A model generated the notes under the pieces. The model saw only the letters and a program-made list of their open reading frames with translations. It was not told where the DNA came from and did no database searches. Of a stretch of 64,000 nucleotides of DNA, positions 29,679 through 39,492 are shown piece after piece. Numbering within the stretch: the stretch's first letter is position 1; every line of letters starts with the position of its first letter. The translations under genes and the position numbers were made by a program. Location: contig JBEPVF010000003.1 of assembly GCA_041691135.1 (NCBI GenBank), positions 32,001 to 96,000 on the forward strand. Direction: 5' to 3'. The DNA is from Candidatus Peribacteria bacterium. GTDB taxonomy: Bacteria > Patescibacteriota > Gracilibacteria > Peribacterales > Peribacteraceae.

Positions 29679-30350
29679 CTACTTCAGAGTGAAAAATGAG
29701 TCGCCCGTATCGCTTGCAATGAGCTGAGTTATAAACGGTTTAGAATAATCTGATTGGGTTCCGCTCGTGTCAGGCGACAGGATTTTTTCGCCGTCAAATT
29801 TATCATACCCATCGGTTAAAATATCCACAGGACCTTCGAGACCATTACTTGGCCTCTTGTCGCGTATCAAGAAAAGCACTTTATAGTGTCCGCCAGGAGG
29901 CGCTTGCACAGATGTATCAAGCCCGCCCCAATGCTGAAGTTTTTCGGGGTGCCAGACAAAATATGTTGCCGAAAGGTCAGTAACTCCCGTTATATAACCT
30001 TCAATTAAGCCATCGGGTTTGAGTAAGTATAGTTCTTCAAGTGTGTCTTTTGTTATTTTCTTCTTAAGCGTTTCGCTGAGTGTAAAACGAATAGTAATGT
30101 CAGATGTCATGCTAAAGTTTTCTTCGTCGTTTGGGTACAAGATAGAAATATCAGGAGAATGCATGGTGGGCTGAATTGTTATTGATGCCTGTGTACCTGA
30201 TTGCATTGCCTCAGTGCTTGCAGAAAACGAAGAGATGGAAGAACTAGAGACAGCATCCTGTGTAACGAACACTGATTGCTGTTTTTGACAGCTGATGAGC
30301 AGTAAAAGCGGCACAATGAGCAAAAATCTTTTCAAGCGAGAGTGAGTCAT
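29679..30350 (-). CDS. putative lipoprotein
   Basis: MTHSRLKR..LLLISC lipobox and Ser-rich linker. Confidence 0.7.
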   Translation of the reverse strand: MTHSRLKRFLLIVPLLLLISCQKQQSVFVTQDAVSSSSISSFSASTEAMQSGTQASITIQPTMHSPDISILYPNDEENFSMTSDITIRFTLSETLKKKITKDTLEELYLLKPDGLIEGYITGVTDLSATYFVWHPEKLQHWGGLDTSVQAPPGGHYKVLFLIRDKRPSNGLEGPVDILTDGYDKFDGEKILSPDTSGTQSDYSKPFITQLIASDTGDSFFTLK

Positions 30351-30390
30351 AAATAAAGTCGGGGAACTATGACAACCGTGATGTGTGGTT

Positions 30391-31584
30391 CTAGGCGTGT
30401 ATATCCATGAGTATGGCGTTACTTTTGTTCGGGAGAAGCGCAAAGAAGATGATAGAGACAAGAGCGCATAGTGCGGCGAAGAGAAATGTGGCTGAAGAGC
30501 CGATGCTCGACCACAATAATCCGCCAATCAATGATGCAAAAAATGTGGCTATGCCCATAAGCATTTGCATCGTTCCGTAAGCTCCTGCGGCTTTTTCTTT
30601 AGCAATAAAGTCACTTGCGAGCGCTTTGGATATGCCATCGGTGAGTGCTATGTATCCTCCGTAGATTGCAAAAAGTGGCCAGATTGCCAATGAATTGGTC
30701 GTAAAAGCAAAGCCAAGATACACGAGTATGTAGATCATAATCCCAAGAAGCATCACCTTTTTGGCACCCAAACGGTCACTCACTTGTCCTGCGGGGACAG
30801 AAAGCAAAGAGTAGACGGCGTTATAGACGACGTAGGCAAGTGTTACGGTAATGAGGCTCATTCCAAGATTCTTTGCCTTAAGAATGAGAAACGCATCGGA
30901 GCTGTTTCCTAGAGAAAAGATAAAAAGACCGGCGAGCAGGAACTGAAATTTTCCTGTAAAGCCATCAAAGGAGAAGTTGAAGACGGTTGTGGATGCTTGG
31001 GGCACGCGATGTTTTTCTTTTATCAAGAGAAAAAGGAAAATGCTTCCCAAAGCGGGAATGGCCGCAATCCAGAGGACAAACCGAATGTCGTAACCGGAAT
31101 GTAATAAAAGAACGGCAATGAGTGGGCCAAATACTGCTCCTGCTGAGTCCATGGCACGATGAAGACCAAAAACCAGACCACGATTGTTCTCGTTGGAGGC
31201 ATCAAGCAACATAGCGTCTCGTGCGCCTGTTCTCAGTCCCTTTCCAAAACGGTCTACCGTTCTTCCCAATAAGACAAGTGGCCATGTTCCACTAAGCGCA
31301 ATGATGATTTTGCTTATTGCTGAACTTGAATACCCGGCAACAACGAATGATTTTCTTATGCCGAGCTTGTCCGAAAGACGCCCAAAGATGCCCTTAAAAA
31401 TCGATGCCGATCCTTCGGCAATTCCTTCAATCAATCCAACGATTGCCACGGGCGCACCAAGAATTTGCGTGAGGAAAATCGGTAAAATGGGGTAGAGCAT
31501 TTCAGAGGCAATATCGTTGAAGAAGCTTACAAAACCCAAGAGCCAAACCTGACGAGGAATCTTATTTTGAAGAATAGTTTCCAT
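30391..31584 (-). CDS. MFS transporter
   Basis: About 12 TM segments; SFFNDIASEM, GRLSDKLG.RK, DRFGKGLR, HRAMD. Confidence 0.92.
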   Translation of the reverse strand: METILQNKIPRQVWLLGFVSFFNDIASEMLYPILPIFLTQILGAPVAIVGLIEGIAEGSASIFKGIFGRLSDKLGIRKSFVVAGYSSSAISKIIIALSGTWPLVLLGRTVDRFGKGLRTGARDAMLLDASNENNRGLVFGLHRAMDSAGAVFGPLIAVLLLHSGYDIRFVLWIAAIPALGSIFLFLLIKEKHRVPQASTTVFNFSFDGFTGKFQFLLAGLFIFSLGNSSDAFLILKAKNLGMSLITVTLAYVVYNAVYSLLSVPAGQVSDRLGAKKVMLLGIMIYILVYLGFAFTTNSLAIWPLFAIYGGYIALTDGISKALASDFIAKEKAAGAYGTMQMLMGIATFFASLIGGLLWSSIGSSATFLFAALCALVSIIFFALLPNKSNAILMDIHA

Positions 31585-31657
31585 AGAAAGATGTTAGCAG
31601 TGATTGGTCTGCTTCATCATTTCTTTTTCGTCCACTAAGAGCTGACATGCAAAAATC

Positions 31658-32104
31658 TTATTCAGACTTTGTGAGCCTAGTCATATTCTGATGTGCTTCT
31701 GTAATGGAAGCATTAAGAGTCGTTGCAATTGGATCATCTGGCTTCAGACCCAATAGATATTTGAGGTATTGTATTTTAGCTGCATATATTTCGGCAGGAG
31801 CCTCTTCTTCTTCATTATCGAGTAGTATTCCTCCCAATCTTTGTATATTGCGGAGTGCTTCCTCTATCTTGAATAAGAGAGCGAAGCGAACTGCTGGATC
31901 TGTTGCTAAAGCGAGCTCTTGCTCAAAATATTCGAGACGAAGTTTCCACATCGCAACAGCAGGCTGTAAGCCGTCTGTTGTCGCATTGATTGTATTTATA
32001 TCAATCTGTCCCTCAAAGTATTGGACTGTAAGTGTGCGTCCCGCATGAAGAGCCTCGTCTGTAAGGTTGTTTTGTTTTGGAGATTCGATAGCGTCAGAGG
32101 ACAT
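31658..32104 (-). CDS. hypothetical protein with two short internal helical repeats
   Basis: KLRLEYF..ELAL..DP and KIQYL..LLGL..DDP; TTGACA-type promoter upstream. Confidence 0.6.
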   Translation of the reverse strand: MSSDAIESPKQNNLTDEALHAGRTLTVQYFEGQIDINTINATTDGLQPAVAMWKLRLEYFEQELALATDPAVRFALLFKIEEALRNIQRLGGILLDNEEEEAPAEIYAAKIQYLKYLLGLKPDDPIATTLNASITEAHQNMTRLTKSE

Positions 32105-32324
32105 GAAGATACAATAATGTTTAATTTATAATCTGTCAATGTATCGGCTTGCTGGAATCTAGTACAACTGTGATGAGTGCTTCTAGGAGTTTGTGTCCAT
32201 GACTTTATAAACAACTTTCTATGATTCCCATCAGTTCGTGTCGAATTCCGATTATCCGTTTTGCTTTAAAACAGCTCAAACGGCTAAATAGGCTATTTTG
32301 CGAAAATATGATATAATATTCATT

Positions 32325-33338
32325 ATGACGCATCCTCTTCAACCTGAACGTCCTTCCGATCTTCCAGTTGCTCCGGCCAAAGAGACACAATCGCCGGTCT
32401 TATCGGAGAGAGAGGTGGTAGCAGAAGGCATGAAAGAATTATTGCGTACTGAAACCATTACAGATCCTACTGACCAAAGAATCCTGAACGCTGCTTCTGT
32501 TTTTCTTCAAACTCCATCCTTAGATCGTGCATTGGTTGAAAAGCATCAATCGAATGTTGCGGAAGTGGTGGCCGGTTATGAAATGCAGCAAATAGTGGTG
32601 CCGAATGAAATTCTGGCAATCCATGATCAGCTTGGTCGCCTGCATCAGGAGATCATGAAAGATGCAGAGAAACACCTTGAGAAGGAGCCCCTCACGTCCG
32701 TGCAGCTATTAGCGAAAGTACAAAACCTGGATTGTCATGACAAGCCTTTTGAGCGCAAAAATAACGATAAAATTGCGGAAATGGTTGGTCTTATGGAACG
32801 TTTAGCTCGTTCTTATTTGAAAGACTTGGAGGGGGAACTTGCGAAGGCCACGCCCGATATTGCTGCCAGTAAGAAATTGATGAATTTGGCCTACCAACAG
32901 GCGCGACTCCTTGAAATGGGCAATGCTAATAACGCTACAGCCATGCAAGAGCTGAAGGAGTGGCAGGTATCAGTGGTTGTGAATTATCCCCAAGCAATCG
33001 CGCAACTAGCTCAGACGTATGTCGATGCCATCAACAAGGATGTTGCAGAGCCAAAATCAGAGCCCATTATGCTTAGACAATGGATAGGCTTAGCTGTGGG
33101 TTTTGATCCTAGCCTTGCCCAGGAATTGCAGGAAAAATATCTACAAGCGATCCATAAAAATTGCATGTACTTTCTTACGCAGGCAGAAGCAGAGCTTCGC
33201 AAAGAGCGGCCTGACTTTGCGGCGATAGAGCGGTATATTATTGTTCCACCCAAGTATTACACAGAGCTAGCCGTAGGAAGCGGCATTCCTGAAAAAGTAC
33301 AGGAATTACAGCAGCTCCTTGAGGCTCGTCGTAAGTAG
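32325..33338 (+). CDS. hypothetical alpha-helical protein
   Basis: 337-aa ORF preceded by TGaTATAAT; internal repeat L...E.EL.K..PD.AA. Confidence 0.7.
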   Translation: MTHPLQPERPSDLPVAPAKETQSPVLSEREVVAEGMKELLRTETITDPTDQRILNAASVFLQTPSLDRALVEKHQSNVAEVVAGYEMQQIVVPNEILAIHDQLGRLHQEIMKDAEKHLEKEPLTSVQLLAKVQNLDCHDKPFERKNNDKIAEMVGLMERLARSYLKDLEGELAKATPDIAASKKLMNLAYQQARLLEMGNANNATAMQELKEWQVSVVVNYPQAIAQLAQTYVDAINKDVAEPKSEPIMLRQWIGLAVGFDPSLAQELQEKYLQAIHKNCMYFLTQAEAELRKERPDFAAIERYIIVPPKYYTELAVGSGIPEKVQELQQLLEARRK

Positions 33339-33367
33339 TAAGAGGAGGGCAAGCAGAACCTCGAATG

Positions 33368-33387
33368 TGGAGCGGGTTACTGGAATC
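33368..33387 (-). repeat. tRNA-Gly 3'-end remnant (att-like)
   Basis: Minus strand GATTCCAGTAACCCGCTCCA versus tRNA GATTCCCGCTACCCGCTCCA. Confidence 0.7.
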
Positions 33388-33410
33388 TATGGCAATCAAG
33401 ATGCGTGCGT

Positions 33411-33977
33411 CTAGGAGTTTGTAGCCGTGAGCGGAGCATATCGTAGGATGATACCGCCCGTCTTGAGTGGGCGATCCTCTAGCAATGTAAATTTCTGGGA
33501 GGGGACACCCGATGGGAAGAGAGGATTTCCTTTACCCAGAATCACTGGAGCAACGAGAAGTCGGTACTCGTCGAAAAGCCCTTCTTTGGTCAGGGTTTGA
33601 GAGAGGTTGCCACTACCGAAGACGAACATGTCGCCATCACCCTCCTCCTTCAGCTTCGGAATCTCTAGCGCCGCATCCCGCACGATCTCCGTATTATTCC
33701 AATCGGCAGTCTGAAGACTGTGTGAGCAGACAATCTTGCGAATGCTATTCATATATTCTGTCGTTTCGCCTTCGTCCTTTGCGGTCTGCCAATACGCCGC
33801 CATGCCCTCATAGGTTGTTTTCCCAAAAACGAGCATATCCGCATTTCTTAGTTGCTCGAGGCCAAACTGCTCCACTTCGTCATTCCAAATAACATTGTGA
33901 AACGATAGGTCCCATTTCTTTTCACCCTCGAAGTACCCATCGAGTGTGATGACATTCCACATGATAAGTTTTCTCAT
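33411..33977 (-). CDS. dihydrofolate reductase family / RibD C-terminal domain protein
   Basis: TLDGYF, FGKTTY, GSGNL, FDEYRL, LGKGNPLF. Confidence 0.9.
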   Translation of the reverse strand: MRKLIMWNVITLDGYFEGEKKWDLSFHNVIWNDEVEQFGLEQLRNADMLVFGKTTYEGMAAYWQTAKDEGETTEYMNSIRKIVCSHSLQTADWNNTEIVRDAALEIPKLKEEGDGDMFVFGSGNLSQTLTKEGLFDEYRLLVAPVILGKGNPLFPSGVPSQKFTLLEDRPLKTGGIILRYAPLTATNS

Positions 33978-34076
33978 ACAGATAGACAGAAACAACTGCA
34001 CAAGTGTACATCCTTAGTGGTTGTATTTCCACTTACCTGTACAAAATAAAATGACTTTCATAAGCCATGAACTAGT

Positions 34077-34093
34077 TGGAGCGGGATACGGGA
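34077..34093 (-). repeat. tRNA-Gly 3'-end remnant (att-like)
   Basis: Minus strand TCCCGTATCCCGCTCCA versus tRNA TCCCGCTACCCGCTCCA. Confidence 0.7.
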
Positions 34094-34098
34094 GCTTA

Positions 34099-35085
34099 TC
34101 AGGTGCCAGTTCGAACTTCTTCGTTAGGGATCAAGTGAACTAATGCAAATGACAACGCGCTTATATGCTCATAAAGTTCATGCTGTACTTCTTTCACAAT
34201 GTTATTCCCTTCTTTAATGGAAAGAGAAGGATCAATAGAAATCGTCAATTGAGCATGTAGCTCGTGGCCGATCCATCTGGCCCGTACATCGCGGATATTT
34301 TTCACACCTGCTACATGCTTTGCTGCATGCTCAAGTTCATCGAGGATCCCAGCTTCAACTCCATCTAATGCACGGACAAAGACGGTTTTCATTGAGTCCC
34401 ATACAATAAAGAAGATCGCGATTGTAATACCAAGTCCAATGACCGGGTCGGCGAGTGGATAGCCGAAGTAGACGCCTACAGCTCCGATTAGGACGGCAAG
34501 GCTTGTCCAGCCATCGGTGCGGGCATGGTAGCCATCCGCAATTAGCGCAGCGCTGTGAATTTGTTTCCCCACACGAATGCGGAAAACTGCGACAGTTTCA
34601 TTTCCCAAGAAACCAAGAACAGAAGCTGCTAAAACGGCTCCTATGTGTGATATGGATTGCGGGTGAAGAAACCGATTAATTGCTTCGTAGCCGGCAGTCA
34701 GAGCGCTGAAAAGAATAATGAGGACTACTGCCATGCCCGCCAGATCTTCCACGCGTCCGTAGCCATAGGAAAAGCGTTTAGTGGGCTTGAGCCTGCTAAT
34801 AGAAAATGCAATGCCGAGCGGAATGGCAGTCGATGCGTCCCCAAAATTGTGGATGGTATCTGCAAGAAGAGCAATGCTCCCCGACAGAAAAACGACCATA
34901 ACCTGCAGGCAGGCCGTGACGAACAAGATAATAAATGACCATTTCACTGCCCATAATCCTTTCTCAGATGAAATAATCGACGGATCGATAGTGCCGTGTG
35001 CATGTCCGTGATCGCCAGTAGGTCTATGGCTATGTGAATCATGAGCGTGACTATGATCATGATGATCTTGCCGTAGAGAGGTCAT
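34099..35085 (-). CDS. cation diffusion facilitator (CDF) transporter
   Basis: His-rich N-terminus, ADTIHNFGD, YGYGRVED, ADGYHARTD. Confidence 0.93.
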   Translation of the reverse strand: MTSLRQDHHDHSHAHDSHSHRPTGDHGHAHGTIDPSIISSEKGLWAVKWSFIILFVTACLQVMVVFLSGSIALLADTIHNFGDASTAIPLGIAFSISRLKPTKRFSYGYGRVEDLAGMAVVLIILFSALTAGYEAINRFLHPQSISHIGAVLAASVLGFLGNETVAVFRIRVGKQIHSAALIADGYHARTDGWTSLAVLIGAVGVYFGYPLADPVIGLGITIAIFFIVWDSMKTVFVRALDGVEAGILDELEHAAKHVAGVKNIRDVRARWIGHELHAQLTISIDPSLSIKEGNNIVKEVQHELYEHISALSFALVHLIPNEEVRTGT

Positions 35086-35167
35086 AAATATTCTTTAAGA
35101 AGAAAGTGCGTTACTTTGATATGGTATACATTATCGAGGATGTAAGTGCAGTGTTTGTTTGTTTCAT

Positions 35168-35241
35168 TGGAGCGGGTAGCGGGAATCGAACCCGCATCCT
35201 CAGCTTGGAAGGCTGATGTACTACCACTGTACGATACCCGC
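35168..35241 (-). tRNA. tRNA-Gly (TCC)
   Basis: GCGGGTA acceptor stem, anticodon arm TCAGC-CTTCCAA-GCTGA, GGTTCGATTCC, encoded CCA. Confidence 0.96.
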
Positions 35242-35331
35242 AGAGCACAGGGATTATACCGAAGTAGTGATGAAGAGAAAGGCTCTAAGATGAATATTTG
35301 GCATAGATATCGAGGGTGGTATCATGTTCGC

Positions 35332-35751
35332 ATGCCTGACATTAAGAGCATTACTGTGGAAGCAACCGTAGAAGCACCCATTGCGAAAGTATGGCAATAC
35401 TGGACCGAGCCTGAGCACATCATGCAGTGGAATAACGCTTCGGATGATTGGCACACACCCAGGGCAACTATGGATTTACAAGAAGGTGGCCGGTTTAACT
35501 CTCGTATGGAAGCGAAAGACGGTAGCGAGGGATTTGATTTCAATGGAGTGTTCACGAAGGTCGTACCCCACAAGCAATTGGAGTACACAATGGAAGGAGG
35601 CCGCACAGTCTCGATTACTTTCGATGAGCGAGATGGAACAACCCACGTTGTCGAAACCTTTGAAGCAGAAAACGAGAATCCTTTAGAAATGCAGCAACAG
35701 GGATGGCAGTCGATTCTCCATAATTTCAAGACCTACGTCGAAACGCATTGA
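35332..35751 (+). CDS. SRPBCC/AHSA1-like protein
   Basis: APIAKVWQYWT.PEHI..WN, RMEAKDGS.GFDF, GWQSIL. Confidence 0.9.
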   Translation: MPDIKSITVEATVEAPIAKVWQYWTEPEHIMQWNNASDDWHTPRATMDLQEGGRFNSRMEAKDGSEGFDFNGVFTKVVPHKQLEYTMEGGRTVSITFDERDGTTHVVETFEAENENPLEMQQQGWQSILHNFKTYVETH

Positions 35752-35825
35752 TTGCTAAGAACGCTTACTAAAGCCCGAATGTCTGCCCATATTGACATTA
35801 TTTTAAAATGTATTATATTTTTCAC

Positions 35826-36416
35826 ATGGCTGAGGCTGCCCCAAGAGAAACGGCCGGAGGTTTCCCAGTCGAACGAATTAACGCAATTTTAATTGCGGAC
35901 CAAATTGCCGATATAATCCTTACACAACGTCCTCAGCTTGCGGGGGCAATTTTTGCAAGACGGTTAGCGAGAGAAACATTTGTAGGTATTGCAAAAGCAG
36001 AATCCAATGCTCTTCAGGAAATAGGGGCTAAAACAGACGCAGTAAGATTTAGTGTTGTTCAAAGGGTGTGTAACAGTGGATTAGCTTCAGAGCTGGGAAG
36101 CAGAGTGAAAAGCGAAATTCGTTCTCGCATGATGAGGAAAAGACCATTCAATCCTGAGGGTCAAGCAAAAGCGGCCAAGGCTACACGTATTCATGAATGG
36201 ACAAATGAAGATAACGCGGAACTCGTGCGCCTTGCAGAAACTATGCTCCACAGGATCGGGTCACACACGGGCATGCCGGATTGGAAAAGCATTGCAGAAA
36301 TCATGAACGACAGATCCAAAACAAGTTTTACAGCTGCGCAATGGAGAGGCCGTTTTCAACATCTCCAAAAATACAATCCAGCCACACCGGCTGCTGATCA
36401 AGAAAATATCCGGTAG
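35826..36416 (+). CDS. hypothetical protein with C-terminal Myb/SANT-like domain
   Basis: WTNEDN..L ... DWKSIAE.M ... TAAQWRGRF. Confidence 0.65.
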   Translation: MAEAAPRETAGGFPVERINAILIADQIADIILTQRPQLAGAIFARRLARETFVGIAKAESNALQEIGAKTDAVRFSVVQRVCNSGLASELGSRVKSEIRSRMMRKRPFNPEGQAKAAKATRIHEWTNEDNAELVRLAETMLHRIGSHTGMPDWKSIAEIMNDRSKTSFTAAQWRGRFQHLQKYNPATPAADQENIR

Positions 36417-36456
36417 CCGATTGATAACGCCTCCTAAAATCTGATACAGTCAGGGC

Positions 36457-36891
36457 ATGCCAATGAATCCTGTTGTTCACTTCGAAATGCCGTCCGGCGA
36501 TCAGAAACGCATGGTCGATTTCTATTCAAATGTGTTTGGATGGAAGACACAACAGTTGGGTCCCGCGATGGGGGACTACGTCGTCGTCACGACGTCCGAG
36601 TTGGATGAGAAAGGTTTTCCAACCAAGCCGGGAAGAATCAATGGCGGATTTTACAAGAAAACGGATGACAAAATATCGCAGGCTCCGTCGGTGGTTATCG
36701 CGGTCGACGATATTCGTGAGCACATGAAGAAAGTCGAAGCAGCCGGCGGCAAAATACTCGGTGGACAGGTAAGCGGCGAGCCCGATGACATCCCCGGTAT
36801 CGGTTTGTACGTCTCCTTCGTGGATACGGAAGGCAATCGTGTCAGCATGATCCAGCCGTCGATGGGCATGGAGATGCACAAAGAAGCGTAG
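36457..36891 (+). CDS. VOC/glyoxalase family protein
   Basis: VVHFE, FYSNVFGW, INGG, VEAAGG, DTEGN. Confidence 0.92.
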   Translation: MPMNPVVHFEMPSGDQKRMVDFYSNVFGWKTQQLGPAMGDYVVVTTSELDEKGFPTKPGRINGGFYKKTDDKISQAPSVVIAVDDIREHMKKVEAAGGKILGGQVSGEPDDIPGIGLYVSFVDTEGNRVSMIQPSMGMEMHKEA

Positions 36892-36968
36892 TCACCGCGT
36901 ATAAATGGGAACCTATTTAGCGGTTGTTTTTTACTTATACATCAAAATACACCTGATACACTTGTGCC

Positions 36969-37427
36969 ATGAGAATACGCCGGGCACGGGATACAGATTA
37001 TGCCGAGATTGCCCGCTTGCGCAGGCAGACAATTCGCAGCGTGAACTCCAAAGATTATCCGGAAGACGTCATTCATAGCTGGTCAGCCAAAGCGGGTGCG
37101 CGAAGTTTTAGGGAAAGTGCCGATACATGCAAACGATGGGTTGCGCTGGAAAAAGAGAAAATCGTCGGTTTTTGCGAACATTCCTTTGAGTGTGAGCTCT
37201 CCAGGATTTATGTACACAAAGATGCTCTACGGAAAGGGGTTGGCTCTCGATTGCTGGGAGTTGCTGAAGCGTCGCTTCAAAAACAGGGCTGCAAAGTAGT
37301 CATCCTTGAATCAACCATCACCGCCAAAGAATTTTACAAGAAAAATGGATACAAGGTTTTGTCGAAGACTTTTTATCAAGAAAAAGAGAACGAGCCCGTC
37401 TACAAAATGTCCAAAAAGCTGTCATAG
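36969..37427 (+). CDS. GNAT acetyltransferase
   Basis: IYV....RKGVGSRLL, A..FYKKNGY. Confidence 0.9.
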   Translation: MRIRRARDTDYAEIARLRRQTIRSVNSKDYPEDVIHSWSAKAGARSFRESADTCKRWVALEKEKIVGFCEHSFECELSRIYVHKDALRKGVGSRLLGVAEASLQKQGCKVVILESTITAKEFYKKNGYKVLSKTFYQEKENEPVYKMSKKLS

Positions 37428-37478
37428 AATCTCTTTTAGCAGCTCTGGTATCAACGTACTATAGCTGCCCTTTCGCCC

Positions 37479-38930
37479 ATGCTTATGTCTATGAATAGCG
37501 ATACTCATAATAGCCGCACTCGTTGGATTGCGCTGATTGTTCTCTGTCTTGGCTCACTGATGATCGTGCTCGATACGACCATCGTGAATGTCGCGTTGCC
37601 GTCGATCAGACAGGATCTTGGCTTTTCCGAAACATCGCTCGCGTGGATCGTGAATGCATACATGCTCACATTCGGCGGATTCCTCCTACTGGGTGGTCGG
37701 CTTGGTGATCTGTTCGGTCATCGCAAACTCTTCCTGATTGGCATCGTTCTGTTTGTATTCGCGTCACTCGCTTGTGGCATGGCGAATTCACGGATATTGC
37801 TCATAGCGGCGCGGGCGGTACAGGGACTCGGCGGTGCGGTGGTGTCTGCTGTCGCATTGTCACTGCTCATGAATATGTTTACTGAGGAAGGGGAGCGAGC
37901 CAAAGCTATGGGCGTGTATGGCTTCGTGTCTGCTGGCGGCGGAAGCATCGGCGTGCTGCTCGGCGGCGTGCTCACGAGCACGCTCAATTGGCATTGGATT
38001 TTTCTGGTGAATATTCCGGTCGGTATTCTCGTCTTCATTCTTTCGCTCCTCATACTCCCGGCTCCGCAAAACCTTGCTACCAGCAGGCACATCGATGTGG
38101 CCGGTGCGGTTACCGTCACCACGTCGCTCATGCTGGCCGTGTATGCGATCGTGAACGGCAACGGGGCTGGGTGGACTTCCGGCATTACTCTCGGCTTACT
38201 GGCTGCAGCCGCGCTGCTCATGGCGCTTTTTGTGTGGATCGAATCGCGCATTCATTCGCCACTCGTACCGCTCAGTCTGTTTCGTCTGCGCAATGTGACT
38301 GTCTCGAATATCGTCGGTGTCCTGTGGGCCGCAGCGATGTTCGCCTGGTTCTTCCTGTCCGCTCTCTATTTGCAATTGGTTCTTGGCTACAGTCCGCTGA
38401 TGGTTGGCCTGGCGTTCCTGCCCGCCAACTTGATCATGGCTGCATTCTCTCTCGGCCTGTCGGCCAAGATCGTTATGCGCTTTGGTATCCGTGGGCCACT
38501 CTCGATCGGCTTATTCCTGGCGGCCTCCGGTCTCGCATGGCTTGGACGAGCGCCTATTGGCGGGCACTACGTTCTGGATGTGCTGCCGAGCATGATCGTC
38601 CTCGGCGTCGGCGCCGGTACTGCGTTTAACCCGATGCTCCTCGCTGCCATGAGTGATGTTCCGCCTGACGAATCCGGTCTGGCCTCAGGAGTCGTGAATA
38701 CGTCGTTCATGATGGGCGGTGCTCTCGGACTCGCAATCCTCGCCAGTCTCGCCGCCGCACACACCAGCAGTTTGGTCGCTTCTGGCACCGATCAACTGGT
38801 TGCACTCACCAGCGGGTATCACATCGCATTCTTCGTCGGTGCCATCTTCGCCGCTCTCGCCGCGACACTTGCTGCTGTCTTATTGCGCAAAACAAATGTA
38901 GTAGCTGATGGTCACGTGGGAGGCATTTGA
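37479..38930 (+). CDS. DHA2 (EmrB/QacA-type) MFS efflux transporter
   Basis: LDTTIVNVALPSI, GGRLGDLFG, ARAVQGLG, WHWIFLVNIP. Confidence 0.93.
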   Translation: MLMSMNSDTHNSRTRWIALIVLCLGSLMIVLDTTIVNVALPSIRQDLGFSETSLAWIVNAYMLTFGGFLLLGGRLGDLFGHRKLFLIGIVLFVFASLACGMANSRILLIAARAVQGLGGAVVSAVALSLLMNMFTEEGERAKAMGVYGFVSAGGGSIGVLLGGVLTSTLNWHWIFLVNIPVGILVFILSLLILPAPQNLATSRHIDVAGAVTVTTSLMLAVYAIVNGNGAGWTSGITLGLLAAAALLMALFVWIESRIHSPLVPLSLFRLRNVTVSNIVGVLWAAAMFAWFFLSALYLQLVLGYSPLMVGLAFLPANLIMAAFSLGLSAKIVMRFGIRGPLSIGLFLAASGLAWLGRAPIGGHYVLDVLPSMIVLGVGAGTAFNPMLLAAMSDVPPDESGLASGVVNTSFMMGGALGLAILASLAAAHTSSLVASGTDQLVALTSGYHIAFFVGAIFAALAATLAAVLLRKTNVVADGHVGGI

Positions 38931-38950
38931 AAGAAATAATTCTATGGTCT

Positions 38951-38981
38951 TCCACCCAGCGCCCGCGAGGGGCTGGGTGGA
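38951..38981 (-). terminator. hairpin downstream of the 75-aa small gene
   Basis: tccacccagc...gctgggtgga; core resembles the hairpin at 39438-39468. Confidence 0.55.
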
Positions 38982-39000
38982 GAGACAGGATCGATGGTGG

Positions 39001-39228
39001 TCATTTGCCCTGGTTTTTCTTGTGCTCATCCCACTGTTGCTTGAGAACCATTGCCCGCAAAGCAGACTGGCTTTTTTCGTCCAACTGAATCTGCTCCGCC
39101 TGAGAGACTTGCTGAGTTGGTGCTTCGGAAGGCGACGAGGTTGCGTACCATATAGCGCCCATTGCGACTGCCGCACCGGCCAGCATGCAAGCCACCACGA
39201 TAGCGGCGCTCTTTTGTGGAATCGTCAT
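39001..39228 (-). CDS. small single-TM protein (75 aa)
   Basis: GAGGAG Shine-Dalgarno before ATG 39228; MTIPQKSAAIVVACMLAGAAVAMGAIWYATSSPSEAP... Confidence 0.7.
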   Translation of the reverse strand: MTIPQKSAAIVVACMLAGAAVAMGAIWYATSSPSEAPTQQVSQAEQIQLDEKSQSALRAMVLKQQWDEHKKNQGK

Positions 39229-39294
39229 TCGGTGCTCCTCAAACAGACGTAGGGATCTCCGCCGACGCCGACGTGGCGATCGCACAGAGCTTCT

Positions 39295-39338
39295 GACTGC
39301 AGCCTCTTGAGCACATGAATACTCAAAAAGCTGCAGTC
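39295..39338 (-). promoter_or_regulatory. 20-bp 5'-leader RNA hairpin, copy 1
   Basis: gactgcagctttttgagtat-tcat-gtgctcaagaggctgcagtc; fully paired with 4 G-U on the minus strand. Confidence 0.75.
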
Positions 39339-39437
39339 TGGCGTATTTACCAATCGATCCTGTCAATGATCTCTCGAAACATATACGTATCAAGAAAGCC
39401 TATTATAGAATAATATTTAAATAAAGCAATGTTTGAT

Positions 39438-39468
39438 AAAAAGCCAGCACCCGCGAAGGGTGCTGGAC
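39438..39468 (-). terminator. intrinsic terminator of the 44-aa gene
   Basis: ccagcaccc-ttcgc-gggtgctgg-cttttt on the minus strand. Confidence 0.75.
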
Positions 39469-39492
39469 AAAGGACAGGACGACAGCGGTGGT

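Noticed and set aside
31636-31657. Possible fourth tRNA-Gly remnant (taagagctgacatgcaaaaatc)
   Set aside because: Too degenerate to distinguish from chance
35146-35331. Upstream extension of the SRPBCC ORF
   Set aside because: Reads through the antisense of tRNA-Gly; a better start lies at 35332
39339-39366. TTGACA in the duplicated leader as the -35 box
   Set aside because: No plausible -10 lies 16-18 nt downstream in either copy; the upstream TATAAT promoter fits better
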